Positions 29,304-38,151 of a DNA stretch of 64,000 nucleotides are shown piece after piece (position 1 is the stretch's first letter; every line of letters begins with the position of its first letter). The position numbers and the translations under genes are program-made. This stretch comes from Candidatus Levyibacteriota bacterium. GTDB taxonomy: Bacteria > Patescibacteriota > Microgenomatia > Levybacterales > UBA12049. Under the pieces are notes generated by a model that was not told where the DNA came from, made no database searches, and saw nothing but the letters and a program-made list of their open reading frames with translations. The stretch lies in contig JAUSEW010000029.1 of assembly GCA_030651475.1 (NCBI GenBank), forward strand, positions 21,777 to 85,776. The letters are read 5' to 3'.

Positions 29304-30367
29304 AAAAAATTCAAGTTTCTGCCCCGGGTAAGTTACATTTATTGGGCGAACACGTGGTAGTACACGGAAAACCAGCTATTATTGCAACGGTAAATAAACG
29401 CTGTTTTGTAGAAATTACTCCCCGAAAAGATAGGAAAATAGAAATTATTTCTGAAAATTTGAAAGCAAGTAAGATAGTTACGGAAAAAGAAATTATTGCA
29501 AAAACTAAAGAAGCGCAAACAAAATGGGAAACTTATATAAAAACTAATGAGATATCTCTTCTTAAGTCTATAGCTTCAGATCCCTTAGACTTTCCGATTA
29601 TTGTTATTGGTGAGACTTTAAAATATCTTAACAAAACTTTACCATTTGGTTTTACTCTATCAATAAAATCAGATATTCCAATTGGTTCCGGGATGGGATC
29701 TTCTGCGGCACTTAGTGTTTCTATAGCTGGTGCCATGTATTTATTGTTTAATAAAAATTTAGATAAAGAAGTTATAAATGAAATTGCCTATCTTGCAGAA
29801 CAAAAGAAACACGGCCTTCCGTCCGGAGGAGACAATGTTGCTAGTTGTTTTGGAGGAATGGTTTGGTATCGTAAAGAAACACCAGACTTAAAAATTATCA
29901 AACCAATTCCTTTTTCCTTCCCCCGAAAATTGGCAAAGAATTTTGTCGCCATTCATACAGGTATTCCAATTGAATCAACAGGCGAAATGGTAAGTATCGT
30001 ACGGGGACTATATCAAACAAAAAAAGATTTTGTTGAAAATATTTTATCAAGCCAGGAAAAACTAACACGAGAGCTTCTATCTGCAATAAAGGATGGCGAC
30101 GACACTCTAATGATACGTATCATTAGAGCGGGAGAGAAAAACCTTGAAGCGTTAGGGGTTGTAGGAAAAAAGGCACAAGCTATAATTAGGGAAATAGAAA
30201 AGTTAGGAGGAGCGGCAAAAATATCTGGAGCAGGAGGTATTAAGAATGGGTCGGGAATGCTTCTTGCTTACCATAAAACACCAGTAGCTCTTGATGAAGC
30301 TTGTTTGCAATTTAAACTTACGAATAGTAAAATAGCGCTTGGAGACGAGGGCTTAAGACAGGAGTAA
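29300..30367 (+). CDS. mvk: GHMP kinase, mevalonate kinase-like
   Basis: 355 aa; APGKLHLLGEHVVV N-terminus, PIGSGMGSSAA motif 2; contains 24-bp palindrome copy 3. Confidence 0.75.
   Translation: MKKIQVSAPGKLHLLGEHVVVHGKPAIIATVNKRCFVEITPRKDRKIEIISENLKASKIVTEKEIIAKTKEAQTKWETYIKTNEISLLKSIASDPLDFPIIVIGETLKYLNKTLPFGFTLSIKSDIPIGSGMGSSAALSVSIAGAMYLLFNKNLDKEVINEIAYLAEQKKHGLPSGGDNVASCFGGMVWYRKETPDLKIIKPIPFSFPRKLAKNFVAIHTGIPIESTGEMVSIVRGLYQTKKDFVENILSSQEKLTRELLSAIKDGDDTLMIRIIRAGEKNLEALGVVGKKAQAIIREIEKLGGAAKISGAGGIKNGSGMLLAYHKTPVALDEACLQFKLTNSKIALGDEGLRQE
30105..30128. repeat. 24-bp perfect palindrome CTCTAATGATACGTATCATTAGAG inside mvk coding sequence, copy 3 of 3
   Basis: read directly; 25 nt (30104-30128) identical to 1196-1220. 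Confidence 0.95.
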
Positions 30368-30371
30368 AATT

Positions 30372-31226
30372 ATGGTACCCATAAACTATGGAGGAAGAAT
30401 TGAAAGTAGAGGTCCTGAAACCTATAGGAGTCAGTCCTTATTAGACACTATTTTTCAAGCAACTGGTTTAGAAAATTTTCAAGGAAGTGCAGTTGTTATC
30501 GATTTAATGTCGGGTCCTGGAGGAATAGCGCTTAATCTTCAGAAAAAAGCCTCCAGACATTCTTATGCTGTTCTAGATTATGATCAGGAACAATTAGCCA
30601 AAATAGGGGAGCACGAGCCCGTAAATAAGATATTGGCTGATGTAAGGAATGTATCTTCTGTTGTTAAAGGAGAATCTGTAGATATCGCAACTGCTCGTTA
30701 TGGGATTAAGGATATACCTCAAGGGCAACAGCTTCAAGCGCTCAAAGGTATTAATGAGATATTGAGACCAGGAGGAGTTTTTGTGCTTACAGATATGATT
30801 TCCTTGGAAGGTGAAGGATTGCAGAGGTGGCTTAACATACAACATAGTCAAAAGCAGCAGCTTAGCGGAAGAGAAATTGAAAAAGAGGGAGAGTGTTATA
30901 TCCCGACAGAAAAAGAGTGGCTAGCGATGTTAAAAGAAGTGGGTTTTGAAGCGGAAGTTTTTGGTTATTATACAAGTCCTATTTCTACTGGGGATTGGCT
31001 TACGGGAAATCAATTTGGTAATCCAAAATCACCGGAAGCGGCCAGGAAAAAAGCTATTATGGACGAGATAATAATGAACGCTCCAGAAGGTGTGAAAAAA
31101 GCGTTTAATGTGCGACAAGGAGTGAATGGTATGGAAATTGATTATCCAGTTGTTATAATAAGAGCAGTTAAGAAAGTAGCAGAGTCTGGTTTGCCTACTG
31201 CTGGTGATTTATATGCCGCAAGCTAA
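30372..31226 (+). CDS. class I SAM-dependent methyltransferase
   Basis: 284 aa; motif I VIDLMSGPGGIA, motif post-I ILRPGGVFVL. Confidence 0.7.
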   Translation: MVPINYGGRIESRGPETYRSQSLLDTIFQATGLENFQGSAVVIDLMSGPGGIALNLQKKASRHSYAVLDYDQEQLAKIGEHEPVNKILADVRNVSSVVKGESVDIATARYGIKDIPQGQQLQALKGINEILRPGGVFVLTDMISLEGEGLQRWLNIQHSQKQQLSGREIEKEGECYIPTEKEWLAMLKEVGFEAEVFGYYTSPISTGDWLTGNQFGNPKSPEAARKKAIMDEIIMNAPEGVKKAFNVRQGVNGMEIDYPVVIIRAVKKVAESGLPTAGDLYAAS

Positions 31227-32190
31227 AAAGATTACTGTTTCGGCGCCGGGGAAATTAATGCTTTTAGGTGAGCATGCTGTTGTCTATGATCATCCCTGTT
31301 TGGTAACTGCTGTTGACCAAAGAATGCGGGCAACTGTTGAAACTTTAGATTCTTTAGAATTCCAATTGGAAGCAGAAGACGTAAAGGTTACCGGTTATAA
31401 AAAGCCTTTAAGCGAAGTTGGTATTGGAGATATCCCAAAGGGCGCAAAATTTGTAGAAATTGCTCTAAAAAATATTAATGAAAAATATCCTCTTAAAACA
31501 GGATTAAAAATAACAACTACATCGGAATTCTCTTCCCAATTCGGATTTGGATCTTCTTCCGCATCAACAGTCTGTACGATAAAAGCGGTTTCTGAAATTC
31601 TGGGTTTGAATTTATCTGAAAAAGCAATTTTTGATCTTGCGTTTAAAACTGTTTTGGATATTCAGGGAAAAGGATCGGGTTTTGATGTGGCAGCTGCGGT
31701 TTATGGCGGAACTCTGTATTTCGTAACCGGCGGAAAAGTAATTGAGCCTTTAGATATTAAATCATTGCCGTTAATTGTTGGATATAGCGGAGTAAAAGGA
31801 GACACAGTAACGTTGATGAACAAAGTAAAAGAGACTTTTGCCGATAAACAAGGTCGTCTTAATCAAATTTATAATAGTATTGAAGCCTTGGTTGATCAAG
31901 CAAAAATGGTACTTCTTAAAAGCGATTGGAAAACATTTGGAGACCTAATGAATCAGAATCAGAAATATTTAAGCGAATTAGGAATTAGTATTGAAAAACT
32001 TGATAATATGATTAAAGGCGCACTTGATGCAGGCGCTTATGGCGCAAAGCTTTCCGGCGCAGGAGGAGGGGATTGTATGATTGCTATTGCGACAGAAGAA
32101 AAAAAACAAGCAGTTGAGCAAGGCATCAATGCAGTTGGCGGAGAAGTTATCAATGTTGGCACCAACGCAGAAGGCGCAAGAGTGGAATAA
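31204..32190 (+). CDS. GHMP kinase (mevalonate / phosphomevalonate kinase; assignment ambiguous)
   Basis: 328 aa; APGKLMLLGEHAVVY, GFGSSSAS, KLSGAGGGDCMIA motifs; 23-nt overlap with upstream methyltransferase gene. Confidence 0.7.
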   Translation: MIYMPQAKKITVSAPGKLMLLGEHAVVYDHPCLVTAVDQRMRATVETLDSLEFQLEAEDVKVTGYKKPLSEVGIGDIPKGAKFVEIALKNINEKYPLKTGLKITTTSEFSSQFGFGSSSASTVCTIKAVSEILGLNLSEKAIFDLAFKTVLDIQGKGSGFDVAAAVYGGTLYFVTGGKVIEPLDIKSLPLIVGYSGVKGDTVTLMNKVKETFADKQGRLNQIYNSIEALVDQAKMVLLKSDWKTFGDLMNQNQKYLSELGISIEKLDNMIKGALDAGAYGAKLSGAGGGDCMIAIATEEKKQAVEQGINAVGGEVINVGTNAEGARVE

Positions 32191-32194
32191 AATT

Positions 32195-32971
32195 ATGGGA
32201 CATGAAGCATCATTAGTGCCAGATATTTTGCCTCCAGGTAGAAGAATTGCTCTGATAGATATAGATGGTACATTGACTGAGGGTCTTACCATCTCTTCGT
32301 TTGCTGAATACTTAGACAATAACGATTCTTTTAATTCATCTTCGTGGGATCATATGCAGGAAGATTTTTCTCGTTATAGCGCCAGCGATCATGGACATGC
32401 TGCTTATGAGCAATTTGCCGTAGATTTAGTATTGCATTATGCTGATGGATTAAGAGACTACAGAGTAAGCGATGTCGAAGCTATGGCTGGCAAGTTTTTT
32501 GTTTCTGTGCAAAGAAATGAGGTTCCTGAATACAGAGTGTATCCATTTTCTCCTCAGCTAGTTCATCTTATGAATAAAATAGGAACAACAATAGCAGTTT
32601 CCGGTTCTCCAGCTGAGTCACTTGCTCCGTTAAAACGCATTCTTAATTTAGGAGATTTAAGAGCTACTGCTATTGGACAAAAGAATGGAATCTATACAGG
32701 AAGAGTAGATATTAATTTGGCATTAGACTCTGAAAAGAAAAAGGTAGTTGGGGAATATATAGCTGAAGATACAGATAGCGCACGCTCTTTTGCTTTTGGA
32801 GATACGATGCATGATTTGCCCATGCTGGAAGCTGTGGGAAATCCTTTTGTGGTTGGAGATAATTCGCATTTACTAGCTGTTGCAAGAAGAAGGGGATGGT
32901 CTATAATTAATTCTGACAATGCTATTGATCAAGTAGCGCAGAGAATAAACACTTTATTTAAGAATACTTAA
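32195..32971 (+). CDS. HAD-superfamily hydrolase, subfamily IB-like
   Basis: motif I IALIDIDGTLTE, motif IV GDTMHDLPML; ATG 32195 chosen because ORF-track start 32081 overlaps upstream gene. Confidence 0.65.
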   Translation: MGHEASLVPDILPPGRRIALIDIDGTLTEGLTISSFAEYLDNNDSFNSSSWDHMQEDFSRYSASDHGHAAYEQFAVDLVLHYADGLRDYRVSDVEAMAGKFFVSVQRNEVPEYRVYPFSPQLVHLMNKIGTTIAVSGSPAESLAPLKRILNLGDLRATAIGQKNGIYTGRVDINLALDSEKKKVVGEYIAEDTDSARSFAFGDTMHDLPMLEAVGNPFVVGDNSHLLAVARRRGWSIINSDNAIDQVAQRINTLFKNT

Positions 32972-33948
32972 TGAAAGCAACTGCAGTAGCCCCGTCAAAT
33001 ATAGCATTCGTCAAATATTGGGGTAAAAAAGACGAAAAGCTTCGACTTCCTGAAAACGGCAGTATCTCCATGAATTTAAATAATCTTCAGACTACAACAA
33101 CTGTTGAGTTTAATAAAGATTTTAGAGAAGACTTAATTATCATTAACGATCAGAAAGAGGAAAATGAAGGAAGCAGAGCTATAAAGCATTTAGATAGAAT
33201 TAGAATTCTTGCAAAAATAAATTACAAAGCAAAAGTAGTAACTAAAAATAATTTTCCTACAGGTACCGGACTTTCTTCATCTGCATCAGGTTTTGCAGCG
33301 TTAACTTTAGCCGGCGCAAAAGCAGCTGGATTAAATCTGTCGGAAAAAGAATTGTCAATTCTTGCAAGACAAGGATCTGGTTCTGCTTGCCGTTCTATTC
33401 CAGGTGGATTCGTAGAATGGTTAGATGGGGATACAAGCGATACATCTTATGGCGTGTCGTTATATCCTAAAAATTATTGGGACATTGTTGATGTGGTTGC
33501 TGTTGTTAGTAAAAACAAAAAAGAAGTTAGCACGACTGAAGGACAAAAATTGGCAAAATCAAGTCCGTTTTTTCCGATTCGTTTAGCAAGAATAAAAGAA
33601 AAAATTAGATTAATAAAACAATATTTGAAGGAAAAAGATTTTAAAAATTTCGGAGAATTGTTGGAAGCGGAAGCATTGGAACTTCATGCAATTATGTTAA
33701 CCTCAACACCTTCGCTTATATATTGGTTGCCGGGAACTTTGAAAGTTATGCATGCTGTTAAAAGATGGAGAGCTGAAGGATTACAAGTTTATTTTACTGT
33801 TAATACAGGGCAGGATATTCATCTGATTTGTCAAAAAAAAGACGTTGAAAAAGTTGTTAAAAAAGCAGAAGAGATATTAGATGTTCAAAAAACAATTGTC
33901 AATTATCCTAGCAAAGGAGCGCATTTAATTTCAGCACATCTTTTTTAA
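32971..33948 (+). CDS. mvaD: diphosphomevalonate decarboxylase
   Basis: 325 aa; SNIAFVKYWGKKDE, GLSSSASGFAAL. Confidence 0.88.
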   Translation: MKATAVAPSNIAFVKYWGKKDEKLRLPENGSISMNLNNLQTTTTVEFNKDFREDLIIINDQKEENEGSRAIKHLDRIRILAKINYKAKVVTKNNFPTGTGLSSSASGFAALTLAGAKAAGLNLSEKELSILARQGSGSACRSIPGGFVEWLDGDTSDTSYGVSLYPKNYWDIVDVVAVVSKNKKEVSTTEGQKLAKSSPFFPIRLARIKEKIRLIKQYLKEKDFKNFGELLEAEALELHAIMLTSTPSLIYWLPGTLKVMHAVKRWRAEGLQVYFTVNTGQDIHLICQKKDVEKVVKKAEEILDVQKTIVNYPSKGAHLISAHLF

Positions 33949-34838
33949 AAAGTTCTTTTTTCTATAATTTCAACTAAATCTAAAAATTTCTTTTTATATT
34001 TTATTTCCATTTCCATATTTGCAATAATTATTTTAGCGCTCTTTATATTATCTTTAACTATCTCTTTTTGAGATGCTAAGTCTTTATGTTTTCGGTTGGT
34101 ATCAAATATATCGTCTTGAGATTGAAAAGCTATGCCCAATCCCAATCCTAATTCTTTGCAAAACCTTTCTGCGTGCGAAGTTAATTCTCCTGCCAAGGAC
34201 GCACCAATCAATAAGGGATAAATAAAAGAGTATCTTGCTGTTTTTAGATAGTTTATCTTAGAATTTAAAGTCGGTATTATTTTTTGGCGTGATTGAGAAT
34301 CAATATCGAGCATTTGACCCACTATTGTTCCATCAACCATATCGAAAAAAAACTTTCTTACTCTTTGAATTGCAGATTGATCAAAGTCCAAATTTAAATT
34401 TATAATTTCCGTAGCCCAATTGAAGAAAAGATCTCCTAAAAGAATTGCCTGTGAGTTACCGAAATGTTCATAATTTTTATTTCCCCTTTCTTTTTTTAAT
34501 TTCTCACCAATATATATATGAGAGGCATATATTCCATGACGCATGTTTCCTTTATCCATAATATCATCATGGATAAGTGCAAATATATGAAAGATCTCGA
34601 GTGCAATTAATAATTTCAGAACTTTTTCTGTTTCCTTTCCTCCAAAAGCCTGATATGTTAGAAATGCGATAAATGGGCGTATGCGTTTTCCGCCTGATAA
34701 AGTAATTTTTTTAGCATAGTTAATATAGTCAATAATTGAAGAATCTTTGGTATAATTAATAATGCTCTTCATTTTTTTATCAAGGTAGTCCTGGAGATAG
34801 GGGTCAAATTTTTGTTTAAATACTTCTAAGTCGTTCAT
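33945..34838 (-). CDS. short-chain trans-polyprenyl diphosphate synthase (FPP/GGPP synthase family)
   Basis: 297 aa; first DDxxD (LIHDDIMD) and second (FQSQDDIFD) Asp-rich motifs. Confidence 0.85.
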   Translation of the reverse strand: MNDLEVFKQKFDPYLQDYLDKKMKSIINYTKDSSIIDYINYAKKITLSGGKRIRPFIAFLTYQAFGGKETEKVLKLLIALEIFHIFALIHDDIMDKGNMRHGIYASHIYIGEKLKKERGNKNYEHFGNSQAILLGDLFFNWATEIINLNLDFDQSAIQRVRKFFFDMVDGTIVGQMLDIDSQSRQKIIPTLNSKINYLKTARYSFIYPLLIGASLAGELTSHAERFCKELGLGLGIAFQSQDDIFDTNRKHKDLASQKEIVKDNIKSAKIIIANMEMEIKYKKKFLDLVEIIEKRTF

Positions 34839-34842
34839 TGTT

Positions 34843-35625
34843 TTATTTTAATCTTGCTCCAAATCTTCTTTCTCTTTTAGAATAATCAATTAAAGCTCTT
34901 ACGAAGTCCTTCATATCGGCGTCCGGTAAAAGCTTTGAGATAGAGTAAAATTCTGAATTCTGGTTAAGCCAGCCAATGTCGGAAGTTCTTTGTTCGCCGC
35001 TAGTTCTTATTATTAGATCTGCAGGATGAATTTCTCCTTGACCATCTCTTAACCTTTTTAACATATCATGAGTAATTTTGGTATTTTTTGGAAGTTTTTG
35101 TATTTCCTGCATGATTCTTAATTCCTGATCTTCTCCTCCAAAATCAATTGCGATGCAAAGAATTTTTCCTTTGTTGTTTTTTGTCATATCTTCAACTTTT
35201 CGCATAGTATCTTTTAAGTTCAAGGGGATTCTATCTTTTCTGCCAATATGGATAAAGCGGCTTTTATTTTTTAAAAGGTCTGGCGTAATTTCTTTTATTG
35301 CTCCTTCAAAAAGTTTCATTAAATCCTCAACTTCTTTTTTTGACCTTTTCCAGTTATCGGCAGCAAATCCCCAAATAGTAATAGTATTTATAGGTAATTC
35401 CTGTAAATTACTTAAGACATTTTTTAGAACCCTATATCCTTGTTGATGTCCAATAATAGGAATGCTGTTTAGCCTTCTTGCCCATCGTCCATTACCATCA
35501 GGAATAATTAATAGATGATTAGGAAATTTTCCTTCAGGGATACTCTTTAAATCCGGAAATCTTTCGAAAATACTCTTTTTCATAAAGCAGATTGTAATTG
35601 TATCCTGAAAAATAGCAAAATGCAA
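34843..35625 (-). CDS. uppS: undecaprenyl-diphosphate synthase (cis-prenyltransferase)
   Basis: 260 aa; HLLIIPDGNGRWA, TIWGFAADNWKRS. Confidence 0.88.
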   Translation of the reverse strand: MHFAIFQDTITICFMKKSIFERFPDLKSIPEGKFPNHLLIIPDGNGRWARRLNSIPIIGHQQGYRVLKNVLSNLQELPINTITIWGFAADNWKRSKKEVEDLMKLFEGAIKEITPDLLKNKSRFIHIGRKDRIPLNLKDTMRKVEDMTKNNKGKILCIAIDFGGEDQELRIMQEIQKLPKNTKITHDMLKRLRDGQGEIHPADLIIRTSGEQRTSDIGWLNQNSEFYSISKLLPDADMKDFVRALIDYSKRERRFGARLK

Positions 35626-35654
35626 TTTATTATAGTTTCTGATATAATGCTTTA

Positions 35655-36299
35655 ATGGTTAAGAAAGCAAAAGCCGTAGCGAAAATTAAAGAAGATAAAA
35701 AATCATTTATTCTTGAAAAGCTTAAGACCCCAAGGGTTTTTATAACTCTTATCGTCATTCTTGTTGCAGGATTATTATTCTACTTCAGGGGACTTTTCGT
35801 AGCAGCTGTAGTTAACGGAGAACCCATTACAAGGCTTTCGTTAATTTCGCAGATGGAGAAAAAAGACGGTAAGCAAATGCTTTCTACTCTTGTAACCCAA
35901 ACTCTTATTTCCCAGGAGGCAAAGAAAAGTAAAATAGACGTTAGTCAGCAGGAAATAGATGCAGATATCAAAAAGATTGAAGCAGGCCTTACGAGCCAAG
36001 GTCAGACTCTTGACCAGGCGATGCTTGCTCAAGGGATAACCAGAGAAGATTTATCAAAAGACATTAGAATTCAAAAATTGGTAGAGAAAATGTTCGCCAA
36101 AGATGTGAAAGTTGCAGATAGTGAAGTCACAGATTATATAGATAAAAACCAAAGCTCAATTCCTACAAATTTAACTTCAGATGATGTTAAGAAACAGGTA
36201 AGACAGCAATTGGAACAACAGAAATTGTCAACAGTTTTCCAAGCTTGGTTGGATAGTGCCCAGAAGAACGCCAAAATAAACTACTTCGTAAACTATTAA
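35655..36299 (+). CDS. membrane-anchored SurA N-terminal-domain-like chaperone protein
   Basis: 214 aa; N-terminal TM then helical SurA-N-like region; no PPIase domain. Confidence 0.45.
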   Translation: MVKKAKAVAKIKEDKKSFILEKLKTPRVFITLIVILVAGLLFYFRGLFVAAVVNGEPITRLSLISQMEKKDGKQMLSTLVTQTLISQEAKKSKIDVSQQEIDADIKKIEAGLTSQGQTLDQAMLAQGITREDLSKDIRIQKLVEKMFAKDVKVADSEVTDYIDKNQSSIPTNLTSDDVKKQVRQQLEQQKLSTVFQAWLDSAQKNAKINYFVNY

Positions 36300-36305
36300 G
36301 AATAA

Positions 36306-36572
36306 ATGGTAAAATTTAAAATAGACCAGAAAATTGTAGAAAAGATCGGTTGGGCGGCTTCAATAATAGCTATTCTGATGTGGTTTTCATTTTTTGACCA
36401 AATTCGTTTAAATCTTGCCGGACAAAAAGGCTCATTAATAATTCCAATAGTAGTTACGGTAAACTGTATTTTATGGACATTGTTTGGACTAGGAAAGAAG
36501 AATTGGCAAATAGTTGCTTCTAATGTGCCGGGGATATTCATTGGGATTATTACAGCAATAACCGCGTTATAA
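36306..36572 (+). CDS. small 3-TM membrane protein, SemiSWEET / PQ-loop-like
   Basis: 88 aa; resembles SemiSWEET layout (TM1 ... FFDQIRL ... ) by eye. Confidence 0.35.
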   Translation: MVKFKIDQKIVEKIGWAASIIAILMWFSFFDQIRLNLAGQKGSLIIPIVVTVNCILWTLFGLGKKNWQIVASNVPGIFIGIITAITAL

Positions 36573-36598
36573 GATAAAATCCAATACCTCGTAAGCTG

Positions 36599-36856
36599 TT
36601 AATCTAAGATAGGTTTACCAAATTTTATTAAATTATCTTTCTTTTTCCTGCGCCATCCTTTAATTTGTTTTTCGCGTCTTCTAGCTTGTAATAGTGTTAA
36701 AAACTTTTCTGAATAGACTAATTTAAAATTTTTATTTCTTTTTGTGAATTCCGCACCATCCCCTTTATTATGTCTTTGAAGTCTCGCTTGAAGATTATCG
36801 GTAACACCAACATATAGATGATTTTTGGAGTTTTTTAGGATATATAAAGAGTACAT
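36599..36856 (-). CDS. GIY-YIG nuclease family protein (stand-alone)
   Basis: 85 aa; YSLYILKNSKNHLYVGVTDNLQARLQRHN ... LVYSEKF ... IKGW. Confidence 0.75.
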   Translation of the reverse strand: MYSLYILKNSKNHLYVGVTDNLQARLQRHNKGDGAEFTKRNKNFKLVYSEKFLTLLQARRREKQIKGWRRKKKDNLIKFGKPILD

Positions 36857-36929
36857 TCTGATTTGCCCTTCGGTAAACTCAGGGCTCTTCGCCTACGCTC
36901 ATAGTCGAAGACTCTGAGCTTGTCGAAGA

Positions 36930-37000
36930 GTCGGGGCGCTGAGAATCGAACTCAGACCACATGACCCCCAGCCACGCATTCTACCACTAAACTACGCCCC
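36930..37000 (-). tRNA. tRNA-Pro (anticodon GGG)
   Basis: folded by hand: 7-bp acceptor stem starting C1-G72, T-arm CTGAG-TTCGATT-CTCAG, anticodon loop CTGGGGG with U33 and G37; no encoded CCA. Confidence 0.8.
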
Positions 37001-37068
37001 GTTTTGCAAAGCAGAATCGAATTTGATCTATTGCATTATAACAAAATATTGCTACAATAAACATAATT

Positions 37069-38145
37069 ATGGGCAGGACACCTAATTCTCAAAAATCTAC
37101 AGCTTCAATTAGTAATTCAGAATCTTCACATAAATTAGATGCAGTTAAGCTCGCCATGGAGCAAATAGAAAAACAGTACGGAAGGGGCTCTATAATGCGG
37201 TTTGGCGAAGCTGGCCAGAAGCTGGATATCTCTGTCATCTCAACAGGGTGTCTTCCCGTAGACTTGGCGCTTGGAGTAGGCGGAGTGCCAAGAGGAAGAA
37301 TTATAGAAGTCTTTGGTCCCGAAGCCTCGGGAAAAACCACGATTTGTTTATCAATCATCGCCCAAGCCCAGAAGCATGGAGGAATTGCAGCCTTTATAGA
37401 TGCGGAGCACGCTTTGGATCCTCTGTGGGCAAGAACCATTGGGGTTAAGCTGGATGAACTTCTTATTTCCCAGCCGGATACAGGAGAACAAGCTTTGGAG
37501 ATCGCAGAAAGTTTGATTCGAAGCGGAGGAGTAGACGTTCTGGTTATAGATTCTGTGGCAGCGTTAGTTCCTCGAGCGGAAATAGAAGGAGAAATGGGAG
37601 ATTCCATGATGGGGCTTCACGCAAGACTTATGTCGCAAGCTTTGAGAAAACTTACAGGGGCTATTTCTAAATCCAAGACAATAGCAATTTTTACCAACCA
37701 GCTAAGGCAAAAAATAGGAGTTATGTTCGGAAACCCTGAAACCACAACCGGAGGTTTGGCGCTTAAGTTTTACTCTTCCGTTAGGATGGATGTTCGCAAA
37801 ATAGAAACGATAAAAGATGGAGATAGGGCTATCGGCTCAAGACATAGAGTAAAAATAGTTAAGAATAAGGTGGCTACGCCTTTTAGGATTGCAGAATTTG
37901 ACGTGATGGCTGATACGGGAATTTCCAGAGAGGGAGGAATAGTAGATGTAGGTGTTGAGATGGGAATTATTCAAAAGTCAGGAGCATTTTTCAGATTTGG
38001 GGAATTAATGCTTGGCCAAGGTAAGGAAGCAGCGAAAATATTTCTTAAGGAAAAGCCTGATATTGCTAAAAAGATTGTGGATGAGATTTTGAAAAAAAGC
38101 AAAACCTCCGGCACCCCTGTTGAAGTAGGAATTGAAGAGAAATAG
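37069..38145 (+). CDS. recA: recombinase RecA
   Basis: 358 aa; GPEASGKTT Walker [18 protein letters not shown]. Confidence 0.95.
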   Translation: MGRTPNSQKSTASISNSESSHKLDAVKLAMEQIEKQYGRGSIMRFGEAGQKLDISVISTGCLPVDLALGVGGVPRGRIIEVFGPEASGKTTICLSIIAQAQKHGGIAAFIDAEHALDPLWARTIGVKLDELLISQPDTGEQALEIAESLIRSGGVDVLVIDSVAALVPRAEIEGEMGDSMMGLHARLMSQALRKLTGAISKSKTIAIFTNQLRQKIGVMFGNPETTTGGLALKFYSSVRMDVRKIETIKDGDRAIGSRHRVKIVKNKVATPFRIAEFDVMADTGISREGGIVDVGVEMGIIQKSGAFFRFGELMLGQGKEAAKIFLKEKPDIAKKIVDEILKKSKTSGTPVEVGIEEK

Positions 38146-38151
38146 ATAATC

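Noticed and set aside
32081-32194. Long N-terminal extension of the HAD hydrolase ORF (start 32081)
   Set aside because: It overlaps the preceding GHMP kinase in another frame. The ATG at 32195 directly follows that gene's stop.
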